Source: an uncultured Gammaproteobacteria bacterium (lineage in GTDB: Bacteria; Patescibacteriota; Microgenomatia; Levybacterales; GWA1-39-11). From it: a DNA stretch of 64,000 nucleotides. A model generated the notes under the pieces. That model was given only the letters and a program-made list of their open reading frames with translations. It had not been told where the DNA came from and did no database searches. Both the position numbers and the translations under genes were made by a program. Below are positions 44,167 to 54,332 of the stretch, piece after piece; the stretch's first letter is position 1, and each line of letters starts with the position of its first letter. The stretch lies in contig CAYVKP010000001.1 in the NCBI GenBank assembly GCA_964452165.1, positions 1,715-65,714 on the forward strand, written 5' to 3'.

Positions 44167-46179
44167 CTACTTTACTCTCCAAATTTGTGCATTTGCGCTT
44201 TCATACGCCTTCCCAAGTCCTAAAATCTCGGGTGGATAAGGAAGGCTTTCTATATAATCCTCGTATTTCGTGAGATACACATACTTTGCGTGGACTCTTT
44301 TAAGCTCGGCCTTTATATCCTCTGGGGATTTTGCCAGAGGCAACGCTAGGCTCTTTACAACTAGCTTATCAGAGAACCTGCTTACGTATCCTTTATAACC
44401 CGCCATAGCGGCGGGTTCTTGTGGTGTTTGCCATACACAACGAAGGCAATCTTTATCATAAACAAGTACAGTGCCGCCAGGTTGTCTTGATAAATAAGAT
44501 AGTGCCGCCATTTCATCTTCTGAAACATACAGCTTCTGTCTTGAAGCAAAAAAAACGACCGCAGATATTAAGACCATGAGAATAATGAATTTATAATAAG
44601 GCTTTGGCAAAAATTTATAAGCTAGGAACAAAATAAGTAAAATTGAGATCATGAAAATTGCAGGAGCAAAGTTAATTAAGATGATGGGAAGGCGCCTTGC
44701 AACCGTAAATGGAATTCTAAATCCTATTTTTTCAACCGTTACACCACTCTGCTCTTTCAGATACTCAGGAAAAATGGTTGTGGAGTCATTGCCTGAACTA
44801 AATTTGAGATTTGGATTTGCTAAAAATTCTTTTGGAAGCTTGACCTTTCCAACTATCTTGATTGACTTATCTGAAAAATCGAATGAACATTTATCAAATC
44901 GCAGACTGTTTTGTGTTGCAAAAATGTATTTCCCACAGGCAAGATCTATCTCGCTTTTTGGTTCGATAACAGCGTCGACTATGTAGGGCAGAGTAATAAA
45001 CAAATAATCTTGCTTATTGGGGGAAGAGTAGAATGGCTCCTTAAGGTCTGTGAAATAAACTCTAAGGTCACGCATCTTCACTTTCTCTGTTTTTGAATCG
45101 TACAATAGTCCTATTCTGTAGTTTGGATTTTGATACCAGATAGCTTTTTGTGCGCTGCCTAAAAAGTCGTCTGAAACAATAAGTTGAGGGGGAGAAATTG
45201 TTTTAAATTCCACACGATACCAATTTGTAAAGTCTTTCATGGTCAAAATCTGCCTTCCGGAAAGACTTGAGACCATATCGAGCCGTTTGGCATACAAAGA
45301 GGAAAAAGAAGAGGGTGGAAAATCGCTCTCAAGACCTAATGTCAGATGAGCAAACTTATTTTCTGGTTGTTGCTGTGAATAGAAAGAGGTTATTTGTTGA
45401 AAATAACTATCCGGAAGATGAATTGTGTCGTAATCCTGAACGCTATACATGCCGGAAGACACCTTCGTAGGGCTCTTGTAACCATTGACAGGATCACGAG
45501 GTGCCCACTTCAGCATTAAAACATCAGCATTATCAGAAATGCTCTTTGCAGGAACTGCCGCATTTATTTTTGAGGGGTAATAAGGCGTAGACCAATATGT
45601 CCCCCAGACTTGATATCCATCTAAGGTAAACTGATCCGAAACCGAAAGATTTGACGTTACTTTATATTTATTTGATAAATAGTTGAGCGAATAAGAGTCC
45701 GTCCACCAGGAGCCGACCGAAACCGGTGTAAACCCAAGTCTCTGTTGAAATTTTGAGAAGACTGCATCGATTAACTTCTTCCTGTCCGCCTGTAAATAGC
45801 CTGAGAGGAAAAGAGAGGCTGCTCTGTGCCAAGAGTCACGCTTGTTGTAGGTAACTCCTGCATTTTGGGCGAACGAGGGGGAAACCTCAAGAAAAATTCC
45901 AATCTCTTGATTTACGTCAAAGGTTGATACGACTTTCATCATGTCGTCGCGCGAAAGAACATCGTAGGTGAGGAGCCAAGTTGCAGGTAAATTTCTTCTT
46001 TTAATCTCTTGATACTCCGCGTCAAGACTTTTTGCCGGATCCTTGACGTATGAGGAGACCCTGACAGGATTGACGATTGTTATGAATGAATTACTTTGCG
46101 CAAAAGTTTTTTTGGTGGAGGTAAAAAATAATATCAATAATAAAAACGCGAACAGTAGTTTTAAATAACGGTTAGTCAT
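44167..46179 (-). CDS. large extracytoplasmic hypothetical protein with signal peptide and C-terminal TM helices
   Basis: Start taken at the internal Met (MTNRYLKLLFAFLLLILFF), because the longer ORF to 46251 would overlap valS by 80 nt. No domain recognised. Confidence 0.5.
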   Translation of the reverse strand: MTNRYLKLLFAFLLLILFFTSTKKTFAQSNSFITIVNPVRVSSYVKDPAKSLDAEYQEIKRRNLPATWLLTYDVLSRDDMMKVVSTFDVNQEIGIFLEVSPSFAQNAGVTYNKRDSWHRAASLFLSGYLQADRKKLIDAVFSKFQQRLGFTPVSVGSWWTDSYSLNYLSNKYKVTSNLSVSDQFTLDGYQVWGTYWSTPYYPSKINAAVPAKSISDNADVLMLKWAPRDPVNGYKSPTKVSSGMYSVQDYDTIHLPDSYFQQITSFYSQQQPENKFAHLTLGLESDFPPSSFSSLYAKRLDMVSSLSGRQILTMKDFTNWYRVEFKTISPPQLIVSDDFLGSAQKAIWYQNPNYRIGLLYDSKTEKVKMRDLRVYFTDLKEPFYSSPNKQDYLFITLPYIVDAVIEPKSEIDLACGKYIFATQNSLRFDKCSFDFSDKSIKIVGKVKLPKEFLANPNLKFSSGNDSTTIFPEYLKEQSGVTVEKIGFRIPFTVARRLPIILINFAPAIFMISILLILFLAYKFLPKPYYKFIILMVLISAVVFFASRQKLYVSEDEMAALSYLSRQPGGTVLVYDKDCLRCVWQTPQEPAAMAGYKGYVSRFSDKLVVKSLALPLAKSPEDIKAELKRVHAKYVYLTKYEDYIESLPYPPEILGLGKAYESANAQIWRVK

Positions 46180-48382
46180 TAATCGGTTTACCCTGAGGAG
46201 CGCTCGCGACGAAGGGCCATTTCTCAACAATAAGATGCTTATCCGACTCAAACTTTTGATAAAGTTCCTCGGTTATAAATGGCATAAAGGGGTGGAGTAG
46301 AGCAAGCGAAGTTTTAAAAACATATTCAAGAGTAGGTTGAGCTTCTGCCCGTCTTTCTTTTACGCTTTCTACATATTTGTCTGCAAATTCATGCCAGATA
46401 AATTGATAAAGCTCTTGAGCCCCGTCGTGGAGCCTAAACTGATCTATTGCAGAGCTTACCTTCCCGGAGATATCTTTAAGTTTTTTAATTATCTCCTGAT
46501 CTGCAATGTTAGAGCTAATCTCTTGCGCTGAATCTTCGGGCTTAAAGTCTACAATAAAACGTGCGATGTTCCAGAGCTTGTTGGTAAAGTATTTCATTCC
46601 GCGTACCTTGTCTTCTGACATAGGAATATCAGATCCCGCGGCAGTTGAGAAAACTAATGCCATTCTTAATGCATCAGTTCCATATTTTTCCGATAGATCC
46701 AACGGATCGATTACATTTCCTTTTGACTTACTCATTTTTTGTTTTTCAGCATCCCTAACCAAACCATGGAGCAAGACCTGGCGGAAGGGGACTTGACCCA
46801 GCAGAGAAGTTGTCATAAGAATCATTCTGGCAACCCAGAAGAATATGATGTCATAACCTGTTTCCAAAACACTTGTGGGGTGAAATATTTTCAAGTCTTC
46901 TGTTTCTTTTGGCCAACCCAAAGTTGAAAAGGTCCAAAGCCCTGAAGAAAACCAAGTGTCCAAAGTATCGGGGTCCTGGCGCACATCTTTAGAGTTACAC
47001 TTCGAGCATTTTTCGGGAACCGCTTCATCTTCCACAATGACATTCGAGCATTTTTCGCAGAACCAAGCTGGAATTCTATGTCCGTACCAAAGTTGGCGTG
47101 AGATACACCAGTCGCGCAAATTATCAATCCAGTGGTAATAGGTTTTGACAAATCTATCGGGATTTATTTTTATAAGATTTTTTTCAACAACATGTTTCAT
47201 AAGCTCTTTGAGGGTTACCTTAGAGCCTGATTCGATGCCTTCAATCTCTGAGTGAGCAAGAACAAACTCTTTATTAACTGCTACCATCCACTGGGCAAGA
47301 ATTTGTGGCTCAATTATTCCGCCTCCACGATAGTTTGTGGCAATTCTATGTTGATAGTTTTCGTCGATCTTTTCAATCAAGCCTTTTTGTTTTAATTTTT
47401 CTACAATCAAAGGCCTGGCTTTTTTAATATGAAGCCCTGCAAGGTCTCCTGCTACAGGCAAAAGTTTTCCTTTAAAATCGACTACCTGCTCCGTATCAAG
47501 CTTGTGTCTTTTGGCAATTTCATAATCCGTCTTATCGTGCCATGGAGTAATGGTCATAACTCCCGTCCCAAACTCCATATCAATTGCCTCGTCCTTTATG
47601 ATTGTTGCCGTTATCTTTCCGTTGATCCACTCAACTTCAATTTTTTCTCCGTCTTTATATTTTTCATAGCGCGAGTCTGCCGGATGCATAACTACGTATT
47701 TATCTCCGAATTTTGTCTCGGGACGTGCTGTACCAATTGTAAAGGGGCCATATTTAAGATAGTAGAATTGAGCACTTTCATCTTTCCATTCAATCTCATC
47801 GTCTGAAACGGTCGTTTGAAGTTTTGGATCCCAATTAACGATTGTCTCGCCTCTATAAATTAGACCCAAATCATACATTTTTTTGAACGCAACTCGAACG
47901 GCCAAATTTCGCTCCTCATCTAAGGTGTATGCCTCGCGTTTCCAGTCAACTGATGCTCCCATTTTTTTAATTTGGTTAACTATGGTATCGTGACTTGTTT
48001 TGGCAAATTCCTCAACCCTTTGAAGAAATTCTTCACGACCCAAATCGTGTCTCGTTTTCTCCTCTTCCTTATAAAGAATTGATTCAACTTTTGATTGAGT
48101 TGCTATCGCGGCGTGATCTGTACCCGGAAGCCACAACGTGTTAAAACCTTTCATTCTGTTGTAACGAATTAAGATGTCTTCAATAACAAGCATTAAGGCG
48201 TGTCCGATATGCAAAGTTCCCGTTACGTTAGGTGGAGGCAGAACAATAGAGTAGGTATCTTCTTCATGTTTGCCGAAGCGAGCAATAGGGGAAAAATAAT
48301 CATTTTTTTCCCATTCGGAATAGATTTTTTCTTCAATCTTTTTATGATCATAGGCTTTATCCATAGAGCGTGATTTTAGCAT
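46172..48382 (-). CDS. valS: valine--tRNA ligase (short form)
   Basis: HIGH motif PPPNVTGTLHIGHAL, WCISRQLWYGHRIPAW, KMSKS. 736 aa, shorter than canonical ValRS, so it probably lacks the C-terminal coiled-coil domain. Start may be at 48364 (MDKAYD...). Confidence 0.85.
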   Translation of the reverse strand: MLKSRSMDKAYDHKKIEEKIYSEWEKNDYFSPIARFGKHEEDTYSIVLPPPNVTGTLHIGHALMLVIEDILIRYNRMKGFNTLWLPGTDHAAIATQSKVESILYKEEEKTRHDLGREEFLQRVEEFAKTSHDTIVNQIKKMGASVDWKREAYTLDEERNLAVRVAFKKMYDLGLIYRGETIVNWDPKLQTTVSDDEIEWKDESAQFYYLKYGPFTIGTARPETKFGDKYVVMHPADSRYEKYKDGEKIEVEWINGKITATIIKDEAIDMEFGTGVMTITPWHDKTDYEIAKRHKLDTEQVVDFKGKLLPVAGDLAGLHIKKARPLIVEKLKQKGLIEKIDENYQHRIATNYRGGGIIEPQILAQWMVAVNKEFVLAHSEIEGIESGSKVTLKELMKHVVEKNLIKINPDRFVKTYYHWIDNLRDWCISRQLWYGHRIPAWFCEKCSNVIVEDEAVPEKCSKCNSKDVRQDPDTLDTWFSSGLWTFSTLGWPKETEDLKIFHPTSVLETGYDIIFFWVARMILMTTSLLGQVPFRQVLLHGLVRDAEKQKMSKSKGNVIDPLDLSEKYGTDALRMALVFSTAAGSDIPMSEDKVRGMKYFTNKLWNIARFIVDFKPEDSAQEISSNIADQEIIKKLKDISGKVSSAIDQFRLHDGAQELYQFIWHEFADKYVESVKERRAEAQPTLEYVFKTSLALLHPFMPFITEELYQKFESDKHLIVEKWPFVASAPQGKPIND

Positions 48383-48426
48383 ACCACAAATTTGCGTTCA
48401 ATCGACGCACGGCATATAATACAAAT

Positions 48427-50052
48427 ATGGATAATGCTAGCGTACAAAGCGCAACAGAGGGTCAAGTTGTCGGTAGTCAAAGTGATCACAAACACGAACT
48501 TAATAAGGCTTCTCAATATCTCACCAAAGCGTATGAGACAGGAAACAAACCACACCACGATAAGGGAAATGTCGCACGTGGAATAGCCTCAGAGCTTGCT
48601 GCCTGGTATGAAAAGCTGCGGACCGCAATTGAGAATCGTGATGAAGAAGTTATCTTGCGCTCGGCAATTGAGAGAATTTTAAGACGTAGATTACTTCTGG
48701 GTGGAAATGGCGCGAGTGTGGCAAAACCGCTTGTTCGTGAGCTTATTTGGGCAAGATATTTTCCCGATGAATCGATCAGTGATGACAAGATAACCGAGAT
48801 TGAAAAAATAATAGACCTATATCTCAATCTTCGTCGTAACGTTCCAACTTATAACAAAATCAGCGAATCAGATCTTAATGAGTGGATATATCAACTGATG
48901 TCTGCACATATTGAAAGCCATTTAAGCCCAGGACTGCGGACGGAAGCAATGATTTCCTATATCTATCACAACATTCGCGACAAGGTAAAGATAAAAGATG
49001 ACAGTGTAGAGACCCGCGATGCTCAAGTCTTTATCGCCATAAGAAAGGCTTATGCAAAAGAGGACTTGCCATTCCTCAGATACGCACTTTTCACTCAATA
49101 TTTTGGAGTTCTGACAGACAAAAATGTTAGAGACATTATGAGAAGATTCGGACAGGGTAAGCACGTAATTGATACCCAATTAAATTACTCTGGACGTTTT
49201 AAGATTTTTGAATTTGTTAAGAGGCAAATCCCTCCATTCCTGATTCTTGATGACATAATGAAAAATTATGAAGATACCTTTGATGACTTGCTCCGCGACG
49301 AAGAGGAATTTACAAATGTAATTGTCCAAACTTGCGACGCCAGATACGCCAACATTTCAGGAAAAGTTAGGCGAGCAATAATCCGTTCGATTATATTTAT
49401 TTTGTTATCGAAAGTATTCTTGGCATTAACAATTGAAGGGACTTATGACAGATTTGTCTATGGACATATTAAGTGGGAAATTATTGGTATCAATATTGCA
49501 ATCCCGGTTGGCATGATGATAATCGTCTCCTTTTTCATGAGAGCTCCCGGAATGGATAATACCGACCGAATCGCTGCAAGAATTAAATCTCTTCTTTTTG
49601 ATGAGCAACCACAACTCGGAAAGGATCTGGCGTTTAATCACAAGCCGCGCGCAAAGACTTTAATGGATACAATCTTTACAACTGTTTGGCTTGGAACATT
49701 TCTTGCAAGTTTTGGAATAATAATTTATGCCCTAACACAATTGCAATTTAATTATGTAAGTCAAGCATTCTTTATCTTTTTCTTTGCAATCGTTTCGTTC
49801 CTTTCGTATAGAATTAATCAAGCAGCAAATCTTTACACGGTTAAGGATAAACCAAGTCTCGCGACTCCATTTGTAGACTTCTTCTTCATGCCAATAGCTC
49901 GAGTAGGGCGCTATCTTGCAGAAGGGGTGAGATCGATTAATATTTTTGTGTTCTTGCTTGATATGTTAATTGAAATGCCACTTAAAGGACTCGTTGCATT
50001 CTTTGAACAATGGTTCTTCTTCCTTCACTCAAAGCGCGAAGATTTGGCCTAG
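48427..50052 (+). CDS. hypothetical membrane protein (C-terminal TM helices)
   Basis: Long ORF divergent from valS. Start taken at the internal Met (MDNASVQ...) to avoid overlap with the valS start; the ORF extends back to 48370. Confidence 0.45.
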   Translation: MDNASVQSATEGQVVGSQSDHKHELNKASQYLTKAYETGNKPHHDKGNVARGIASELAAWYEKLRTAIENRDEEVILRSAIERILRRRLLLGGNGASVAKPLVRELIWARYFPDESISDDKITEIEKIIDLYLNLRRNVPTYNKISESDLNEWIYQLMSAHIESHLSPGLRTEAMISYIYHNIRDKVKIKDDSVETRDAQVFIAIRKAYAKEDLPFLRYALFTQYFGVLTDKNVRDIMRRFGQGKHVIDTQLNYSGRFKIFEFVKRQIPPFLILDDIMKNYEDTFDDLLRDEEEFTNVIVQTCDARYANISGKVRRAIIRSIIFILLSKVFLALTIEGTYDRFVYGHIKWEIIGINIAIPVGMMIIVSFFMRAPGMDNTDRIAARIKSLLFDEQPQLGKDLAFNHKPRAKTLMDTIFTTVWLGTFLASFGIIIYALTQLQFNYVSQAFFIFFFAIVSFLSYRINQAANLYTVKDKPSLATPFVDFFFMPIARVGRYLAEGVRSINIFVFLLDMLIEMPLKGLVAFFEQWFFFLHSKREDLA

Positions 50053-50085
50053 ATTTATTTTGTGGATGGCTGAAATTTATTTGAA

Positions 50086-50511
50086 ATGAAAGACCAACCC
50101 GACTTCATAATCTACACAGATGGTGGATCGCGTGGAAATCCCGGACCTGCAGCATACGGCTTTGTTATATACAATGGGGCCAACAAGGTTTTGTTTGAAG
50201 AAGGAAAAAGCCTAGGAATAAATACCAATAATTTTGCAGAGTATAGCGGGGTGGTAGCGGCGTTAAAATGGGTTTTGGAAAATTCAAAAATCAAGCAACC
50301 CAACATTCAGTTCTTTATGGATTCACAGCTTGCCGTTATGCAAATTACGGAAAAGTGGAAAATTAAAAATGAAAATATCCGTAATTTCTATGCTACGGTC
50401 AAGGACTTGGAGCAGAAGATTGGCGGAAAAATTTTATACACTCACGTTAGACGAGAGGCGAATAAAGAGGCCGATCGCCTCGTAAACTTTGCTCTTGATA
50501 GTCTGATTTAA
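50086..50511 (+). CDS. rnhA: ribonuclease HI
   Basis: DEDD catalytic pattern in an RNase H fold (IYTDGGSRGNPG...E...D...H.REANKEADRL). Confidence 0.8.
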   Translation: MKDQPDFIIYTDGGSRGNPGPAAYGFVIYNGANKVLFEEGKSLGINTNNFAEYSGVVAALKWVLENSKIKQPNIQFFMDSQLAVMQITEKWKIKNENIRNFYATVKDLEQKIGGKILYTHVRREANKEADRLVNFALDSLI

Positions 50512-50573
50512 ATACTGGCTCAATTTTAACCTCGATACTAGATACGAAATACTAAATACCTTATACTAATTTT

Positions 50574-53252
50574 ATGCCCAAACTTGCCCTTGAAACGCGA
50601 GACCGCGAAAAACCCTTACTCCTTGTCGCGGGAAAAAGCCAACTGACGAGTTACTTGATAGAAAAATCTTCCGACGATTTTAAAATCGCATACCTTTCTG
50701 ACGAACAAATTCCAACAAGTGTCGCCGGATCCGAACATTTTTACCGCATAGGTAAAGACTCAGCCCATCTTATAGCGAGTCTTGAAGAGAAAATAGACTA
50801 CGCGGTAATATTTTTGGAAAGCACATCTGATAAAGATTTCTTACCTGCGCTTTTTGAAAAATTATCATCTGACAATACCAAAACTGCAGTTATGATTCCC
50901 GTCCAAAAAACAGATGTTTTTGTGGACGTGATGCTTGAGTATAAAAAAAATCCTTCGTTTTATTTCTTAATTCTTGGAGACGTTTATTCAGAATCCGGAA
51001 GTGATCAGGAAGTCATTTCGGGGTTAATAAAAAATGCCATAACGAATCATATAGTTAAGCTAACAGGAGACGATTTAACTCCCATTTTCCCAATCTATTT
51101 AGAAGACGCCCTGACCGGAATAAATCAGGTGCTTTTGGGTCCAAGTAAACGACAAAAGTTTTACTGGCTTTTCTACAGTCACCCCCAAACAATTATCTCG
51201 GCAACCCATATTTTAAAACGTGTTGAGTCCGACCTTGAGATTCAATACGAGGATGAGGAAACAGCTTTGGAGAAAAGACTCAGACATGAAGAGATAGAAG
51301 AAAACCTTGCGGCCAAAATATTAACCAAGCCTGTATATCTTGATAAGTACTTTATGGGATTTGAGAAAAGCGTAGAGTTATTTGTAAATTACAGAGAGCC
51401 TGAAAGATCTACTGAAGAAAAACAAGTAGCCAGACCTCCCAAGATTATCAAAAGAAAAAAATCTCAGATAAAGCTTTTAATATCTGCTGCCCTTATAGCA
51501 TTCGGTATTTTTCTAATAATGATGGTGGCAGCAACTGCGCTTTCAATTGCACACTTCAAGGCGTCCCTCAAGGCTTTTGAAGCAGGTGATTTCAAAACAG
51601 CAGGCAGACAAATTCACGATGCAAATTTCTTTTTAAGCTTTGCCTCTCCGAGTATCAATCTGCTTGGTCAAACAACTAGAGTTATCGGACTTACCGGAAC
51701 CAACGTTTTCTTTGATAACTTCTCTGCAAGCTCTGCGCTTGTACAAATTGCGGCAAAAGACATAGAGGCTATTTCCAGAATTGACAAAGGTATTGATAAA
51801 AATACTTTGGACAGTCTTATCTCCGATTCTTTTTACTTCTATTTCTCTGCTCAAAAATATAAGATTGATTTTTCAAATAACATTATTGATTCTCTTCTTA
51901 CTCCGCAGCTATCAAAAACCATGAGCGTTGCGCCAATCGCCGAAAAAATTCTAGGCTTTAACGGTGAGAAAAATTATCTTCTACTTTTTCAAAATAATGG
52001 AGAGCTTAGGCCTACCGGCGGTTTTATAGGATCAATCGGAGAACTTAAAGTCAAAGATGGGGCAATAAAGAAGCTTACTCTCAACGACGTTTACGATTTT
52101 GACGGTAAACTTAAAGCCCACGTGGAACCGTATTATGTCGTCAGAAGATACTTACAACCCCATTTATATTTGAGGGATAGTAACTTTGACCCCGACTTCC
52201 AAAACAGTGCCAGCGCGGCGGCGCTTCTTTATAACCTTGAGAGTGGTAGAAAAGTAGATGGAGTAATTGCCATAAATTATGATGCGGTAAAACAGATAAT
52301 AGGAGCTGTTGGACCAATCAAGCTTACCGCCTACAACAAAACCGTTGATGAAAATAACGCTTTTGAATTTTTACAAAATACGATTGATAACAACTTCTTT
52401 CCTGGATCAACACAGAAGAGAGACGTTTTAAACGCTTTGTTTGATGACCTGGTTTTCAAGATAGGGGAAAATCAAAACTCTATAAAAATCGCAAGACTTT
52501 TGCCAAAGCTTATGAACGAAAAGAATATTTTGTTTGCGTTTGAACAACCCTCCGTTCAAGCAATATTTTCTTCCATTAATTTTGGCGGGGAATATAAAGA
52601 AATAAGACCTACGACAAAAGATACAATTATGGATTCGCTTGCAGTCAACGAAGCCAACATTGGAGTAGATAAAGCAAATGCTTATCTTACCTCCGAAACT
52701 TCTTATGAGGTAGATCTTTCATCGAATAATATTTCGTCAAAAGTTACACATACAATTAATAACACTTCCACAAAATCCAAGGATTACAAGGCGTATGTAA
52801 GATTTTTTGCGCCATTAGGAAGTAATCTTTCAAGAATCATAATTGATGGACAAGAGCAAAAAATTGTACCTGCGATTACAGATTACAAGACTTATGAACG
52901 TATAAACTTTAAAGCTCCCGCTGGGCTTGAGGTAGATCAGGGAACAGAAAACGGATACCAAGTTTTTGGTTTTATAATAAATGTCCCAAGACTAACAAAA
53001 CAGGAGATATATATCGAATACGCAAATGGAGCGAATAATATCTCAAGTTCAATCTTTAACTATTCCTTAAGGCTTATAAAACAACCCGGGAAAGAGGCTT
53101 ACCCTTTCACGCTCAATGCAAAATATAACAAAAATATTACTCCAGAGAAAGTAGATAACGCACAACTACTTGAAAATAGTCTCAGAATGAACAGAACTAT
53201 CAGTCAGGACGAAGAATTTACAATTAAATTTATCAGAAGGTCTAATCAGTAA
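50574..53252 (+). CDS. large membrane-anchored extracytoplasmic protein (892 aa), possibly DUF4012-like
   Basis: Single TM helix at ~aa 300 (LISAALIAFGIFLIMMVAA), with large N-terminal and C-terminal soluble regions. Family assignment is tentative. Confidence 0.45.
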   Translation: MPKLALETRDREKPLLLVAGKSQLTSYLIEKSSDDFKIAYLSDEQIPTSVAGSEHFYRIGKDSAHLIASLEEKIDYAVIFLESTSDKDFLPALFEKLSSDNTKTAVMIPVQKTDVFVDVMLEYKKNPSFYFLILGDVYSESGSDQEVISGLIKNAITNHIVKLTGDDLTPIFPIYLEDALTGINQVLLGPSKRQKFYWLFYSHPQTIISATHILKRVESDLEIQYEDEETALEKRLRHEEIEENLAAKILTKPVYLDKYFMGFEKSVELFVNYREPERSTEEKQVARPPKIIKRKKSQIKLLISAALIAFGIFLIMMVAATALSIAHFKASLKAFEAGDFKTAGRQIHDANFFLSFASPSINLLGQTTRVIGLTGTNVFFDNFSASSALVQIAAKDIEAISRIDKGIDKNTLDSLISDSFYFYFSAQKYKIDFSNNIIDSLLTPQLSKTMSVAPIAEKILGFNGEKNYLLLFQNNGELRPTGGFIGSIGELKVKDGAIKKLTLNDVYDFDGKLKAHVEPYYVVRRYLQPHLYLRDSNFDPDFQNSASAAALLYNLESGRKVDGVIAINYDAVKQIIGAVGPIKLTAYNKTVDENNAFEFLQNTIDNNFFPGSTQKRDVLNALFDDLVFKIGENQNSIKIARLLPKLMNEKNILFAFEQPSVQAIFSSINFGGEYKEIRPTTKDTIMDSLAVNEANIGVDKANAYLTSETSYEVDLSSNNISSKVTHTINNTSTKSKDYKAYVRFFAPLGSNLSRIIIDGQEQKIVPAITDYKTYERINFKAPAGLEVDQGTENGYQVFGFIINVPRLTKQEIYIEYANGANNISSSIFNYSLRLIKQPGKEAYPFTLNAKYNKNITPEKVDNAQLLENSLRMNRTISQDEEFTIKFIRRSNQ

Positions 53253-54252
53253 ACTCCTGGACAAACATTTTTCCGTAAATTCCCGCGTCCAAGACTCCGA
53301 TTCCTACTTTACCAAAATTTGGGGACAATATATTTGCTCTGTGCCCGGGACTTTTCATAAGTCCGTCCATGGCAATTGTTACTTCTGGCGCAAACGCTAA
53401 ATTTTCTCCGGCATATTGGTAGACAATGCTTGCTTGCTCCATTCTGTCAAACGGAGATAAACCTTCAGGGGTGTAATGCGAGAAATATCCTTGCTCAAGC
53501 ATATCTCTTGCGTGAGCACGAGCAACATCTGTCAATTGCGAATCCTCAGTCAATCCGGAGAGTCCTGCCTTTCTTCTTTCCTGATTGAGTAGTTTCAACA
53601 TTCCCTGCTCCGATTCTTCATCTACCTTTGCCGAATTTGTTTTGAAGTTAAGTCCAACTGACTCATTGGAAGAAGGTTCTATGGTCAGGAAATTAATTGT
53701 ATCCTCAATTGCTCCACCAAAAACCTGCCTTACGGTGCCCTCAAATGTTTGTGCGCGAGCTACGAAAAACTTCCCCGAGGCAGAATTCTTGATGGAATTT
53801 TTAATTACTGTTGAAACCGGAAAAGACAGGAGAAAAGCAACCGCAAAAGAGGCAATAAAGAAGAATGACAGTAATCCGAAAATGGCTCCTCCTGCCATAT
53901 CTAAATTTTTAGGAATTGTAATTGAAACGTATTTTCTTCTAACAAATGCTAGGAGTGCCGAGACTAAAGTGAATGCAATAGCAGTAACCAACAGATAAGC
54001 AATTGCATCTGAAATACCCTTTGTTAAAGAGAGCCTTTGTTCAATAACTTGTGAAAGAGGGTGATAGAAGGCAAGTCCCATAAAGAAAGCTACGACCGTT
54101 GAGAAAAAACCAATTCCTGCGGCTATTGTTCCTGTTAGCGCATCTTCGAGAACGTAGAGCAGAAGACCCGCAAAAACTATATAGTCAAAAAGAGAGAAGG
54201 GGATAACTGAGGCGATTTTACCCAAGAAAGATAAGTAACCTGGTAAATTCAT
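53242..54252 (-). CDS. CvpA-like membrane protein fused to C-terminal CAP/SCP (YkwD-like) domain
   Basis: N-terminal 4 TM segments resembling colicin V production protein CvpA. C-terminal TDVARAHARDM...GHRANILSPNFGKVGIGV CAP-domain motifs. Confidence 0.6.
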   Translation of the reverse strand: MNLPGYLSFLGKIASVIPFSLFDYIVFAGLLLYVLEDALTGTIAAGIGFFSTVVAFFMGLAFYHPLSQVIEQRLSLTKGISDAIAYLLVTAIAFTLVSALLAFVRRKYVSITIPKNLDMAGGAIFGLLSFFFIASFAVAFLLSFPVSTVIKNSIKNSASGKFFVARAQTFEGTVRQVFGGAIEDTINFLTIEPSSNESVGLNFKTNSAKVDEESEQGMLKLLNQERRKAGLSGLTEDSQLTDVARAHARDMLEQGYFSHYTPEGLSPFDRMEQASIVYQYAGENLAFAPEVTIAMDGLMKSPGHRANILSPNFGKVGIGVLDAGIYGKMFVQEFTD

Positions 54253-54332
54253 GATTTATATAATATCATTTTCTTAGCTTATTTGAACTGTAAAATGCAG
54301 GGTGTTATAATGAATTTTAGGTAAATTACCTC

